DNA of 59,152 nucleotides, the filler included, from Asterionella formosa (Eukaryota), in NCBI GenBank assembly GCA_002256025.1. It is 8 parts of 8 records of this genome, joined end to end, with 100 filler letters (N's around TTAATTAATTAA, not from the genome) between each part and the next. Parts side by side here need not be neighbours in the genome. Positions count along the whole stretch, not along the records: positions 44,478 to 51,766 come from NKIB01012483.1; positions 51,867 to 59,152 come from NKIB01012484.1; 6 more parts are not named here. One strand, written 5' to 3'. The position numbers and the translations under genes were made by a program. The notes under the pieces are model-generated. The model ran no database searches. It was not told the DNA's origin and saw only the letters and a program-made list of their open reading frames with translations. This document shows, piece by piece, positions 49,512 through 59,152 of the stretch (positions within the stretch are counted from its first letter, which is position 1; the number at the start of each line of letters is the position of its first letter).

Positions 49512-50315
49512 TTATACAGAAATAGATTGTTTTGCCTGCATCAACACAAACGAGCCCGTCACGACGCCAACAGCAAAAACGACCATTCCAAGGAGACACA
49601 AGTCAATAACGCGGATTTGCACCGAACCCTTGGTGGTAGCATGCATTTTTAGGGCTTTGCTGATGGCATCTTTATGAAATGGCTTGTCCGTCACCTTTCC
49701 AAAGATAAACCCTTCCTCTTGAATGGGTTCCACATATTTGGGAGCATCACTGCGCAGCAAAGCCAAGGATGGTAACCCATCAATGGAAAATGAGTTCTTG
49801 AGTGTGTTATAATTGAATATTCCCACCTTGCCTTCTCGACATGCATATTCTTCCAAGGTACCACGGTACTTTTGAAACTCCATAATAGGTAAACTGAAGC
49901 CACACGATGAAGAAACACGATGAACGTTCAACTTGTAGACCGCCCGAAAGCCAAAACTTTTCGTGACTTCTTGGGGAAATTTGGCCTTGAGTCCAGGAGG
50001 GACATCTTCCGCCATGATAACTTGGGCCTTGCCATGCAATCTCAAAATCTTGGGTGCTCCGTGTTCAAGGTTACAAAAGAGAAGAGTCATCCGACCATTT
50101 TGGAGTACATGTGCCGCTGTTTCCGCTCCACTTCCTGTCAAATCTGCATATGCCACTGTGTTGGGGCCCAGTACAATGCACGAGTTGCCAGGTGCCTTTG
50201 GACTGACGGAAATGTGATGTTCGGCAGAAAGGGGCGCTGTTGCAACGAAAAAGACTTTCTGAGCCGCAATGAAGGCGGCCTCGTTCTCTGATATATTTGG
50301 GATGACTTTGCCCAT
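49512..50315 (-). CDS. Pyridoxamine 5'-phosphate oxidase-related FMN-binding protein, 267 aa, with a C-terminal TM helix
   Basis: FIAAQKVFFVATAP...SVSPK, YADLTGSGAETAAHV..NGRMTLLFC, PKILRLHG, SSCGFSLP, NSFSIDGLPSL. Confidence 0.88.
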   Translation of the reverse strand: MGKVIPNISENEAAFIAAQKVFFVATAPLSAEHHISVSPKAPGNSCIVLGPNTVAYADLTGSGAETAAHVLQNGRMTLLFCNLEHGAPKILRLHGKAQVIMAEDVPPGLKAKFPQEVTKSFGFRAVYKLNVHRVSSSCGFSLPIMEFQKYRGTLEEYACREGKVGIFNYNTLKNSFSIDGLPSLALLRSDAPKYVEPIQEEGFIFGKVTDKPFHKDAISKALKMHATTKGSVQIRVIDLCLLGMVVFAVGVVTGSFVLMQAKQSISV

Positions 50316-51766
50316 CGTTTTGGTGTCCCAGTCGATCAACACTTGTGGGGGCAAGCACTTTCAATAACCTGGTCTGACGTCAGGTCCGTGATTCGTGTCT
50401 AGAATTTTTTTTCCAATTTCTTCGAGAATACTGTGGAGCTACCGGTACTCATGAAGTACAATCTAACATGAAAGATGTTGTTTCGTTCACCTACCTATAC
50501 TCCTGTTACTCCTACATATACCGGTATCTAAATGACCCACCGGTAGACTAACGGTACCGGTATATGGAGTATCTTATGCTAGAATCAAGATTCCCTTGCA
50601 GTCCCGCCTCAGTCATCATAACTGCTGAGTGAATAAATATGGTCAGACATGCATAACAAAGTAACTGTTTTAGCACCCTTACCACGTCGATTATAATACT
50701 CGTAGAATTTGGTAATAAGTGTAGCTAAGCAAGTTACAAAGTGTGACTGACTCTTTGTGTTCCAAGTAACGCAAGTAACTCACCCACCATTGCCCATTGT
50801 CTGACCTCCAGCCAACGTGTTGCCCTGATGGCGAGAACTAGAAGAATTTGGATTAATGAAGTGCTAATCTATCCAAATGATGGTGCAAAAAATACAACTC
50901 AATCTCATCCTATATGTATTAGACGTACCTTCTACAGCTGCTGGTGCAAGAAGGGCAGCTGAGTTCTTCGTGACTGCATCCCTAACTTCAAAAGATCGGC
51001 TTTAAAGAATCCAATAAGGCAACTAAAATTTTCATAATATTCTTTTGCATCCCAATTGTGGCCTGTTCTGCTTCATTGCGGGAAACGTCAGCCCTAGCTT
51101 CTTTCAAATTCTCTTGAAACATACTTATAACTTTCAGTAATTCCTGGAGCAATTGTCCAGGCTATTTCGCTTGCAGGACCAAATGGTTGTGCCAAAACCA
51201 GCCATCAATGTAGCAGAGGAATATTGGAATGTGCCTCTAATACATATTATCATTCAATGGTGAACAGGAACAGTGTAGATAGCATTGCGATGACATGTGC
51301 GACCAATACGTACGTGTGTGCACGAACTTGAGTGAATGGATTTATGGGAGTCTTCCCATGTACAGTAGTGCAACCGGCAGTTTTGTATTTCCAACTGGGC
51401 AGATACCGTAATAAATTTATAGAGCACACATTACCGGTAGTACATAGAAGTAAACAATTGGCTAGTAACTTTATTTCTCGGTGTCCGCCGGCATGTGCTT
51501 TTATCGTGAAATGTTCAGCACTTGTTTATATTTTTTGCTTTCTACTGCATAGAACAATTCAATTACGCACGCACTTTGACAAGATACAATTGAAAAAATT
51601 AATAATTTATATTGTTTTTAAATTGGAAACCGGGAATTGGAACATTAAGCATAAATACGACCGGTAAATTTGTTTTCTTACAGGAACATGATATAAAATC
51701 GTTTAATTAATTGAATGTATACCACCAGTATATTTGTAGACCATCAACCACCGTCATCAACCCTAA

Positions 51767-51866
51767 NNNNNNNNNNNNNNNNNNNNNNNNNNNNNNNNNN
51801 NNNNNNNNNNTTAATTAATTAANNNNNNNNNNNNNNNNNNNNNNNNNNNNNNNNNNNNNNNNNNNN
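51767..51866. other. Artificial contig spacer
   Basis: N44-TTAATTAATTAA-N44. Confidence 0.99.
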
Positions 51867-51933
51867 CAACAACAACAACAACTTCTACTAAAACTACAAG
51901 CTTCCTTCACAATCCATAGCAAGGCAGACCAGC

Positions 51934-54900
51934 ATGTCGCTCGACTGGTTTCATCACTCGCAACTTCCAGTACCCCTTGATCGCTACATATCCCTCCTCA
52001 TTCTTGAAGATGTACCGCACGGAGATATCTTGCTCCTGGGGACTTGTATAGTCCTGACTGCACTGGTGTTTATACAATTGCGAGCTTTTGCTAGGCCACC
52101 TCCAGTACCCCTCAAAACGTTGCCACAGCGACCAGCCCTTCATATCCTATTCAAGCCCGACGATACTGCGATTTCCTTTCCTGTCGATAACTTGCAGGCA
52201 CACGCGAATTCAACTGAGCAAAAGCCAAAGCTAAATACCATCCGATCCATGACTAATTCCATTTTCAGGAATACGGGGGCTTCTTTGTCTGGAGACGATC
52301 CAATGGTAGACGTGGAAGAACATGACACTGATGCTCTACCTCCAAGGGCAGAAACTTGGCATACAGCTGCATCTGTCGACCTGGACGAACGATCAAATGA
52401 TACCGCTCCGCCAGAATCGCCCTTCCTTCACTTTCGGGATTTGCCAGATTCATTTGCACCGCTACTCTCGTCGTCACAAGTCGAAGTCCTACTCAATCAA
52501 CTCACTACCGACCTCATTCATGCGGTTCAAGTCGAGGGACGTGTCAATATTAGAGAAGGGAGACACGAGATTCCGTTGGACAAGGACAATTCGAGACCTC
52601 AATTTGTCGTAGAAGCTCCCAAGGGGGGATGTCGACTGACAGCCGTGGCGGGGATTGGAAGTGATCGATTGTCGCTGGAGGAAGATTTGGACGTGACGAG
52701 GCCAACCATATCACGATCGCGACCCATGGTGAAACATGCTGGGGTAGTCTTGGATCCACCACTCCCTCTTGCGAATGTGGCACCCACCTTGATTCACTTT
52801 CCGACTCTCTTTCAGGACAATTTAGTGCCCACCTTGCGACGAATTCAAATCGTGAGGTTCGTTATGGATGCAATCGCATCTTGTAGCTCTTTTTTAGAAA
52901 AGGTCTTGTGGATTATAGAAAGCAAGTGTCAAATTCACTTGTCCAGAGTTCAAATTACGCCTTTGTTCAAAGGGTGCTCAGATGGACATGATCCACAATG
53001 GCGACTCTCTTTGGCCTTTTCTGGTCACGTCCTGCTATTTGGATTGATACAAATTCCTTTTATTAGCATCACACTTCCAACCTTTGTCATTCCTCAACCG
53101 CACGCATTGTTGGAATATTTATTGACACCAGAGCCGCTGGCATCAGCTAAACTCAATCGAGAAAATATTGCCGAGAAACGTATTGCCTTGGCAGGGTTGG
53201 ATATTTTCGAAGTATGGAATCTTGAATTTAAGGCTGTTGCCACGCCTCCGGCAATAGGAGTCGACATTACTCTACCAGGAGGCGTTGCCCTAGCCTTGGA
53301 GGTAATGCATGGGCGCGATGCTGGTATTAGACGCCAAGACAATGAGTCGCAATTTCACGGGAACAATCCCAAAACAACCTCATCTGTTTCAGGAAATTCC
53401 CTTTCTTCCTGGACAACAAATGCCGAAACTGGAAGCAACTTGCGGTCCTTTCGAAGAGGCTTGGGTCATATGCCATCAACGCCGGCGTCAATTCAACCTT
53501 TCGACGCCAACAATCTCGTTCCTTGGTTCATGCATTTATCGGCCAAGGGCGTTGTCAGCAGAGAAAGACTCAGCATTCATATTATCAAGTGTACAGCACA
53601 GCACGAAGACACCGTATCTGCGGTACCAACAAAAAGTAGTTTTTCCACATCAGGGAGTTTTGCTGTCTGGAGAGCAGATCTATCGAAGGTTCTTGCTTCA
53701 GAAAATATTCCTGCTGATCGAAAGGCTAGTTATGGTCATTTAGTAGCATTGGCGTCATCGGAGGAAGCTCCATCTGTTGGAGCGATGTTGCTATATCCTG
53801 ACGACCAAGGCATCTCGTCCCGTCACAGACTGTTTCGAATGCTGGAATATGATTACGCCTTTGAGATTTGGGATGACACACAGATAGATGCAATTACTCT
53901 GGCCGTGGGAGCCTCGCATCCCATGTTAAAAGGAGGCACCATGGTTACTTTGATACTCGAATCGATTTACGCTCTCGGATCCATCACAGCTCGAGAAAAT
54001 GCAATCATCGATCCTGGTGCGTGGAAACGGAAACGGAACGTTCTGCTCCACCTCCCTGCTGTGGATTTTACATTTGGAATTCAGAATGCGTTTATTCCAC
54101 CTGAAAGTCTCAGTTACTCTGATGATGGGCAAACGAAATGCATTCCGGAAATGGAAGGCGGCAGAATGATGGTTCGTATTGTTGGAGGCATCGGACAGCA
54201 AGACGCCAACCATGAAGCAATAGATGAACGCGCGTACGTCATTCCTGTCCCAGAAGGAATCAAGGTGGTTGCTGATTTTGGTTTGGAATCGTTGACTCTG
54301 AACAATGAGTCGAACGTAAAGGAGTTTCCCGAACTTGACATCATGGAAGGAGTGAAATTACTTTCTCTCTTATCAGGCGCTTTTACTGGGCGAGTATCGT
54401 GTCACCTTCGACCGCAGAACTTGTCGCTGTCAATGTCGACCATTGGACCAAACAAAAAGAATCCCCTTGAGGCTTATGAGATTGACTTCTCACAATCAAA
54501 CCTTTCCTTTAAGGTCAAGGAAGCATCCTCGACTCTCGGTCACCGTCGTATCATTATTCCCACGGAAACTACAATTATGGTTAAGGTTGTCAATAGTGTC
54601 GTCGACATGTCACTGGAAGGAAACACGTCCTGTGAGTTAAGCTGGGACTTTCAGGGACTTTCCCCGATTCTCCAAGTCACCGATGTAGGGAAGTCTCCGG
54701 CGGCAGCTGTACACGAGAATCGCCAACAAGTTGCACTTCTTATTTCGGCACTGCGACAAGGTCGCCTCAATTTTCATGTATCGGCTGTAGGAGGCATTGC
54801 CATCCAAAAAGCGGCAACTTCCCGTGAAGATAGAGACGGCTTGTACGATTGGAAATTCTTTAACGCAATTGTTTCACCAGATCAAGAATCTGGCAAACGC

Positions 54901-57900
54901 TTAATGAAGGTGTTGCACGATAAGAAGACAATGGAAAAGATGTTGCAAGTCATAAAACTTGTGAATATGGATCTACACAGAGTCCTTCGTTATGTGTTGG
55001 ATCAGGTCTGGAGAGCGAAGGAAATTTTTGATCAGGAAGGAGTGACTGGTCCTGGCCATGCTATTCCCGGGCACAAAATGGCAAGGTTGCTTTCTCTCTT
55101 CCTTTGTGGCGATGTCAGCCAAGTCGATGTCCTCCGACCTATCATTCAACGCGTAACGTCAGGAGATGGTTTGGATGCAGTGAAAGTCAAGGAATTGCTG
55201 CGACAGCACGTCGAATTATATGATGACTACGCCCCAGAAATCGACAGGGCTATCAGATGGGCGTCTATGATGCTTGATCCAATGTCGGCACCACAACCTT
55301 ATGTCGAAAAGGAGGTCCCTCCATTGAGTCAATTGTCTAAGCATGCGTGCAGGTTTGTCGATATTCCTAGCGCAAGTCAGTTATATGATCAAATCCGCGA
55401 CAGGCCTCAACTTCCGCTGGATCCGTTATTCTCAAATTTATTGTCAAGAGTTGCTCCGTATTTGAGCTTCAAGCAGATTGAGTACTTCCTACAGGTCAGA
55501 TCTCCAACTGACTGGCAACCATCAGACCTAAAGAGGATTCGATATGTGTACTCAGTGAAGAAGAAGGTACTTGACATCTCTGAAAGCTACGGAGGCCTAT
55601 CATTCCTTCCCCAGAGCTTTTTGGTATCTGTCTTTCTTGGTGAAGCCACGAGAGCAAGTTTACGAGTATCTCGCCGAATTAGAAAAAATCAAAGGCAACA
55701 GTGGCAAGCTGAAAGATATTCAAAAGGAAAGTCAACGACGCTCTCGGCACTTAGGAGGCGGCGAATGCAAGCCCCAAGAAATCAAAGTTCACTTGGCGAG
55801 ATTATGGAGAACGCTGATGACAATTTCGTTCTAACTCCTGCAGCCAGAGTTGCATCGCAGGCAAAGTTTGTAGAAGACTCCACTCATGGAGCACTGCCAG
55901 GTGATTTATACATTGAGTTGGAGAAGTCGACTGAACAAAAGCTCGCCATCGAAGAAGGGGCGTACGAACTCGGAGATTCACTATTAGGACCTGCTGATGT
56001 GGCAGTGTTGCTACAAGCTGGGTTAACATCTGCAATGAAATCCTCAACTGTGGTTCAACTGAATCAACGAATGTTGCTTGACTTGATTGCAAGCCAACCT
56101 CGAAGTTTTGCAGTGGCAGTTCTTGCTGAAATTGGAACTCCTGGAGGTCAAGGAAGTCCCCGAAGTATGGCGTCTGCCTTGATGGCCCTTCTCGAGCTAG
56201 ATCAAACTTCTTTCACTGAAATACATCGCCTTGATATGCATGCTTTATTAGAATCGTGGCTGCCCGGGTTCAAAATACCTCAGCGCGAACATTTCATGGC
56301 TGGAGGCAGGTGGGCTCGACAGAGCTTCTACGAAGCCATTTACAACATTGCTACTGATATTTTAGAAGATGCTGAATGCTATATGGCTCTCAAAGGGCAT
56401 GTTCAGCGCGATCGTCGCAGCAGAGAAAGCGATCCAATCCCTGGTCCAAGAGAATTCATCGATGACAATTCTGATGAAATTGGAATGGACGTAAGTGAAA
56501 ATGGCCACCTCGAGAGTTTCATGCGCCAAACGTCAAAGCTGAATGCATCTATCATAGAAGCAAAGGCAAGTATCGAACATGCGGATCAACTTGGACGATC
56601 AATTATGGGACGCTTGATCAAGGCAGAAGTAACGAAGGGGGACGCAGATTACAGGGAAGCAATCGAAGCCTATCAGCATGCATTCAGTGCATGTGCAATG
56701 ACGCTCTCACTTGATAAGCTTGCTTTTCAAGCCGAATGGTTCGCAAACTTCTATCGCCGCAATTTCGAAGCGTTGATGATCAAGTCTATGTATGACAATG
56801 TTATTGAAGACGTTGACAACACTCGCGAGTGGTTCACAGCTTTACGCCGAGGATCCAAGGTTGAAAAACAACGAAAAAAACCCATGAAGCGAAGCTTATC
56901 TGCAGGCGCAGACACAGTACCTACATCCAGCCCAAAGAGCAATGATATTGGCATTGTGGTTGCTAGCGGTGTTGAAGAAGATGGTGAATTGTCCGAAGAC
57001 GATGTATTTAGTTTTCCAGAAAAGGTAACTGAACAAGCTCTCGTTGACGCAATCTTGGACGCAATTATTTTCACAGAAAAAGACAGGGAAAGTCTCGGTA
57101 GCGACCCTCTAGTAAGGCTCCTAATACCCAACCCACCTGGTGACTATAACTTTGTGATTGTAACAGCGATGGGGGTTATAACTGAGGGTGAAAGGGGTCT
57201 CGAGTTACAAGCAGCATTTGAAAGAATCAAAGCGAAACGAGGTGTCTCGGTTGTCCGAGCTGATACTGGAACTGCAAGGTCTCTTGAGTTCAATGCTTCC
57301 AAGATTAGTGAAGCAGTTGAGACGGTGACCAAGATGAAGAAACCATACGGACTTCTTGGATATTCTCAAGGTTGTGCCAATGCTTTAACTGCTGAATCAC
57401 TTTTGTTGTCAGGGTCCCCTATCCAACAACAGGCCATTACGAATAAGGAATGCGGTCTAGTTTGCCGCCAGCTGCTTTTCTCCGCGGCGAATGGATCCAT
57501 TCACGGCACGGCATCGAACAAAAAAGTACAAAGACTCATTGTGATGTGCGAGGAATTTTTCAAATATCAACAAGGATATTTCAGTCGAGCCCTGACTTCT
57601 AGTGTGCTTGAAGCATTGAACAATACCATGGATTCTGCGCCTTTCCAAAAGTTTATTGGTGGCGCTCAATCTATGCTGCCCGAAGGGTGCCGAGCGTTTT
57701 GGAGAGAGGCTCAGCACCTAAGTCACATACCAACCTGCACGATGCGAGGAGTGCTGGAACCACACACCACTCCAGAGTCGCTAGAAATGATATCTAACTT
57801 GCTGACGAAGCAATCTGGTTCAGCGCTGCACGATTCTCAAGTACACGTATACGATGCCGTAGGTTATCCGATTTACACGCATAATAGAAACGGGCAAATA

Positions 57901-58158
57901 TTAAAGAACTGCAATGTGGGTGAAGGCTCCATCCAGCGAACGCATCACTGGAGCCCTCTCAGCGATGAAGTCGTGTTCATGAGGACGAAACGAGATATTG
58001 ATCACGCGACCTTTGAGTGTGCTAAGGATCGGCACGTGTTCCCATGGGTAGATGTTAATGCCCGATTTGGATTTATCAAATACACCAACAAGCAGCAAGT
58101 AGCAGGCCACAATGGGAGTCAAGAAACGCTGAAGAATGGCAATTTTGAAGATTCGTGA
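51934..58158 (+). CDS. Large single-exon protein (2074 aa): N-terminal TM anchor, beta-rich middle, C-terminal alpha/beta-hydrolase-like domain
   Basis: Uninterrupted 6.2-kb ORF. TM segment ILLLGTCIVLTALVFIQL; YGLLGYSQGCANA (GxSxG), HDSQV and THHWSPL as candidate triad residues. Confidence 0.85.
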   Translation: MSLDWFHHSQLPVPLDRYISLLILEDVPHGDILLLGTCIVLTALVFIQLRAFARPPPVPLKTLPQRPALHILFKPDDTAISFPVDNLQAHANSTEQKPKLNTIRSMTNSIFRNTGASLSGDDPMVDVEEHDTDALPPRAETWHTAASVDLDERSNDTAPPESPFLHFRDLPDSFAPLLSSSQVEVLLNQLTTDLIHAVQVEGRVNIREGRHEIPLDKDNSRPQFVVEAPKGGCRLTAVAGIGSDRLSLEEDLDVTRPTISRSRPMVKHAGVVLDPPLPLANVAPTLIHFPTLFQDNLVPTLRRIQIVRFVMDAIASCSSFLEKVLWIIESKCQIHLSRVQITPLFKGCSDGHDPQWRLSLAFSGHVLLFGLIQIPFISITLPTFVIPQPHALLEYLLTPEPLASAKLNRENIAEKRIALAGLDIFEVWNLEFKAVATPPAIGVDITLPGGVALALEVMHGRDAGIRRQDNESQFHGNNPKTTSSVSGNSLSSWTTNAETGSNLRSFRRGLGHMPSTPASIQPFDANNLVPWFMHLSAKGVVSRERLSIHIIKCTAQHEDTVSAVPTKSSFSTSGSFAVWRADLSKVLASENIPADRKASYGHLVALASSEEAPSVGAMLLYPDDQGISSRHRLFRMLEYDYAFEIWDDTQIDAITLAVGASHPMLKGGTMVTLILESIYALGSITARENAIIDPGAWKRKRNVLLHLPAVDFTFGIQNAFIPPESLSYSDDGQTKCIPEMEGGRMMVRIVGGIGQQDANHEAIDERAYVIPVPEGIKVVADFGLESLTLNNESNVKEFPELDIMEGVKLLSLLSGAFTGRVSCHLRPQNLSLSMSTIGPNKKNPLEAYEIDFSQSNLSFKVKEASSTLGHRRIIIPTETTIMVKVVNSVVDMSLEGNTSCELSWDFQGLSPILQVTDVGKSPAAAVHENRQQVALLISALRQGRLNFHVSAVGGIAIQKAATSREDRDGLYDWKFFNAIVSPDQESGKRLMKVLHDKKTMEKMLQVIKLVNMDLHRVLRYVLDQVWRAKEIFDQEGVTGPGHAIPGHKMARLLSLFLCGDVSQVDVLRPIIQRVTSGDGLDAVKVKELLRQHVELYDDYAPEIDRAIRWASMMLDPMSAPQPYVEKEVPPLSQLSKHACRFVDIPSASQLYDQIRDRPQLPLDPLFSNLLSRVAPYLSFKQIEYFLQVRSPTDWQPSDLKRIRYVYSVKKKVLDISESYGGLSFLPQSFLVSVFLGEATRASLRVSRRIRKNQRQQWQAERYSKGKSTTLSALRRRRMQAPRNQSSLGEIMENADDNFVLTPAARVASQAKFVEDSTHGALPGDLYIELEKSTEQKLAIEEGAYELGDSLLGPADVAVLLQAGLTSAMKSSTVVQLNQRMLLDLIASQPRSFAVAVLAEIGTPGGQGSPRSMASALMALLELDQTSFTEIHRLDMHALLESWLPGFKIPQREHFMAGGRWARQSFYEAIYNIATDILEDAECYMALKGHVQRDRRSRESDPIPGPREFIDDNSDEIGMDVSENGHLESFMRQTSKLNASIIEAKASIEHADQLGRSIMGRLIKAEVTKGDADYREAIEAYQHAFSACAMTLSLDKLAFQAEWFANFYRRNFEALMIKSMYDNVIEDVDNTREWFTALRRGSKVEKQRKKPMKRSLSAGADTVPTSSPKSNDIGIVVASGVEEDGELSEDDVFSFPEKVTEQALVDAILDAIIFTEKDRESLGSDPLVRLLIPNPPGDYNFVIVTAMGVITEGERGLELQAAFERIKAKRGVSVVRADTGTARSLEFNASKISEAVETVTKMKKPYGLLGYSQGCANALTAESLLLSGSPIQQQAITNKECGLVCRQLLFSAANGSIHGTASNKKVQRLIVMCEEFFKYQQGYFSRALTSSVLEALNNTMDSAPFQKFIGGAQSMLPEGCRAFWREAQHLSHIPTCTMRGVLEPHTTPESLEMISNLLTKQSGSALHDSQVHVYDAVGYPIYTHNRNGQILKNCNVGEGSIQRTHHWSPLSDEVVFMRTKRDIDHATFECAKDRHVFPWVDVNARFGFIKYTNKQQVAGHNGSQETLKNGNFEDS

Positions 58159-58217
58159 ATGTCTACAACAATACAGAACATGAAAAATGCCAGTAAATAG
58201 AGTATATCAATACACTT

Positions 58218-59036
58218 CTAGAACCATCCACCTTTCTTTTCCTTCTCCTCTCGTCTCTGTTTCGCTTTTTTATGTTCTTCATCAAACTCTTCATCAATGG
58301 CACATAAGCACGCAATAACTAGAAGAGCATCCATCCCTGCAGCCACCTGCACCTGGTAGTGATTAAATGCATCAAATTGTATCAAGCCTTCCTTTGAAAT
58401 CTTGGCAACCACTTCATTTTTTGTGTTTTTCATGACAAAATTTCGATCTATAAAATCTCCTTCGAGACGAAAAGCGGGAGGAGGTTTGAACAACCCAGTG
58501 ACTCCAAAGCCTCCATTTCCTTCCAGATAGAAATCAAATGTATCAGTAAGACTGACGACAGTTTTTTCAATCCAACCTAGCTTTCCATTCCCTTCTCCCC
58601 GATAAATATCATATGTTGGAGTCACTGCCATTGACACACGATCAAGGAGACAAGTGACTTCTCCGGTAATGGTACGTATTCTCATCTTGTCTTTCCCTGG
58701 TAAATGCAACATTGCGCCCCGGACTTGAGCGAAATGAGTATTTGTTTCGGCGTCGAAGACATCAAAATCTTCTCCAGTAAAAGTAATAGCTCTCTCTTTT
58801 ACGGCGAATACTCGGTTGCGATCCGCCAGTGACAACGAGGAACATAGAGCAGGACTGTAGGGAAGTTGTGTTTGCGAGCTGAGCCTTCCCCCACTCAACG
58901 CAGCTCCGATGTCATCCAAAAAGTTCATATGCAAAGAAGCGAGCTTCCGAAACTTCATTGATCTGGACCATGCTGAAATCAGAATGGGGAGAAGAAGGAG
59001 AAGAAGGACAAAGGAGTGCAGACAGTTTCTCATCAT
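58218..59036 (-). CDS. LURP-one-related / Tubby-C-like (scramblase-fold) protein, 272 aa, with a bipartite plastid-type presequence
   Basis: Signal peptide ends in ISA-W. Motifs: FAVKERAITFTGEDFDV, FRLEGDFIDRNF, VVAKI, YQVQVAAGMDALLVIACLCAID. Confidence 0.85.
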   Translation of the reverse strand: MMRNCLHSFVLLLLLLPILISAWSRSMKFRKLASLHMNFLDDIGAALSGGRLSSQTQLPYSPALCSSLSLADRNRVFAVKERAITFTGEDFDVFDAETNTHFAQVRGAMLHLPGKDKMRIRTITGEVTCLLDRVSMAVTPTYDIYRGEGNGKLGWIEKTVVSLTDTFDFYLEGNGGFGVTGLFKPPPAFRLEGDFIDRNFVMKNTKNEVVAKISKEGLIQFDAFNHYQVQVAAGMDALLVIACLCAIDEEFDEEHKKAKQRREEKEKKGGWF

Positions 59037-59152
59037 GGTAGGAAAATTTTCTATTTACCGGAATTTTCTAAAAATGATTACCGGTAATTCTCATGTAACA
59101 GTGTAACAGGTATCCGGTACCAGGTATGTACCTGCTACCAGGTACCTGGTAC

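Noticed and set aside
51756..51766. CCCTAA at a contig end (also CAACCCTAA at ~15091 and ~15374, TTAGGGTTGC at ~22006) as telomere
   Set aside because: Only single units. They fit GGG-starting, TAA-flanked Harbinger-type ends better, but no paired ends could be shown.

Overview
Eukaryotic DNA, very probably from a diatom. The evidence is GT-AG introns, a diatom-type HSF, CoDi-like copia relics, bipartite plastid-type presequences and an M11 peptidase. The window is not one locus. It is eight unrelated contigs of about 7.3 kb in strictly decreasing length order (7333, 7323, 7313, 7312, 7305, 7291, 7289, 7286 bp), joined by identical 100-bp N44-TTAATTAATTAA-N44 spacers. Intact-looking host genes are a secreted Pro/Thr/Ser-repeat + vWA protein (~1892 aa), a heat shock factor, a DDX11/Chl1 helicase, an M11 metallopeptidase, a cytochrome b5-like heme/steroid-binding protein, a PNPOx-like FMN-binding protein, a 2074-aa protein with a C-terminal alpha/beta-hydrolase motif, and a LURP-one/scramblase-like protein. 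The rest is largely nested transposon debris: a Plavaka/CACTA-like transposase facing a decayed Ulp1-like protease ORF, a MULE relic, old and young Ty1/copia elements, a Tourist-like MITE with a candidate empty site also in the window, and a 4.2-kb TIR element with two further partial copies. The most unusual signal is a set of small TA-(1-5 nt)-TA insertions such as TA-CCGG-TA, visible by comparing paralogs inside the window, which look like accumulated Tc1/mariner excision footprints. All family calls come from motif recognition by eye; no database search was run.
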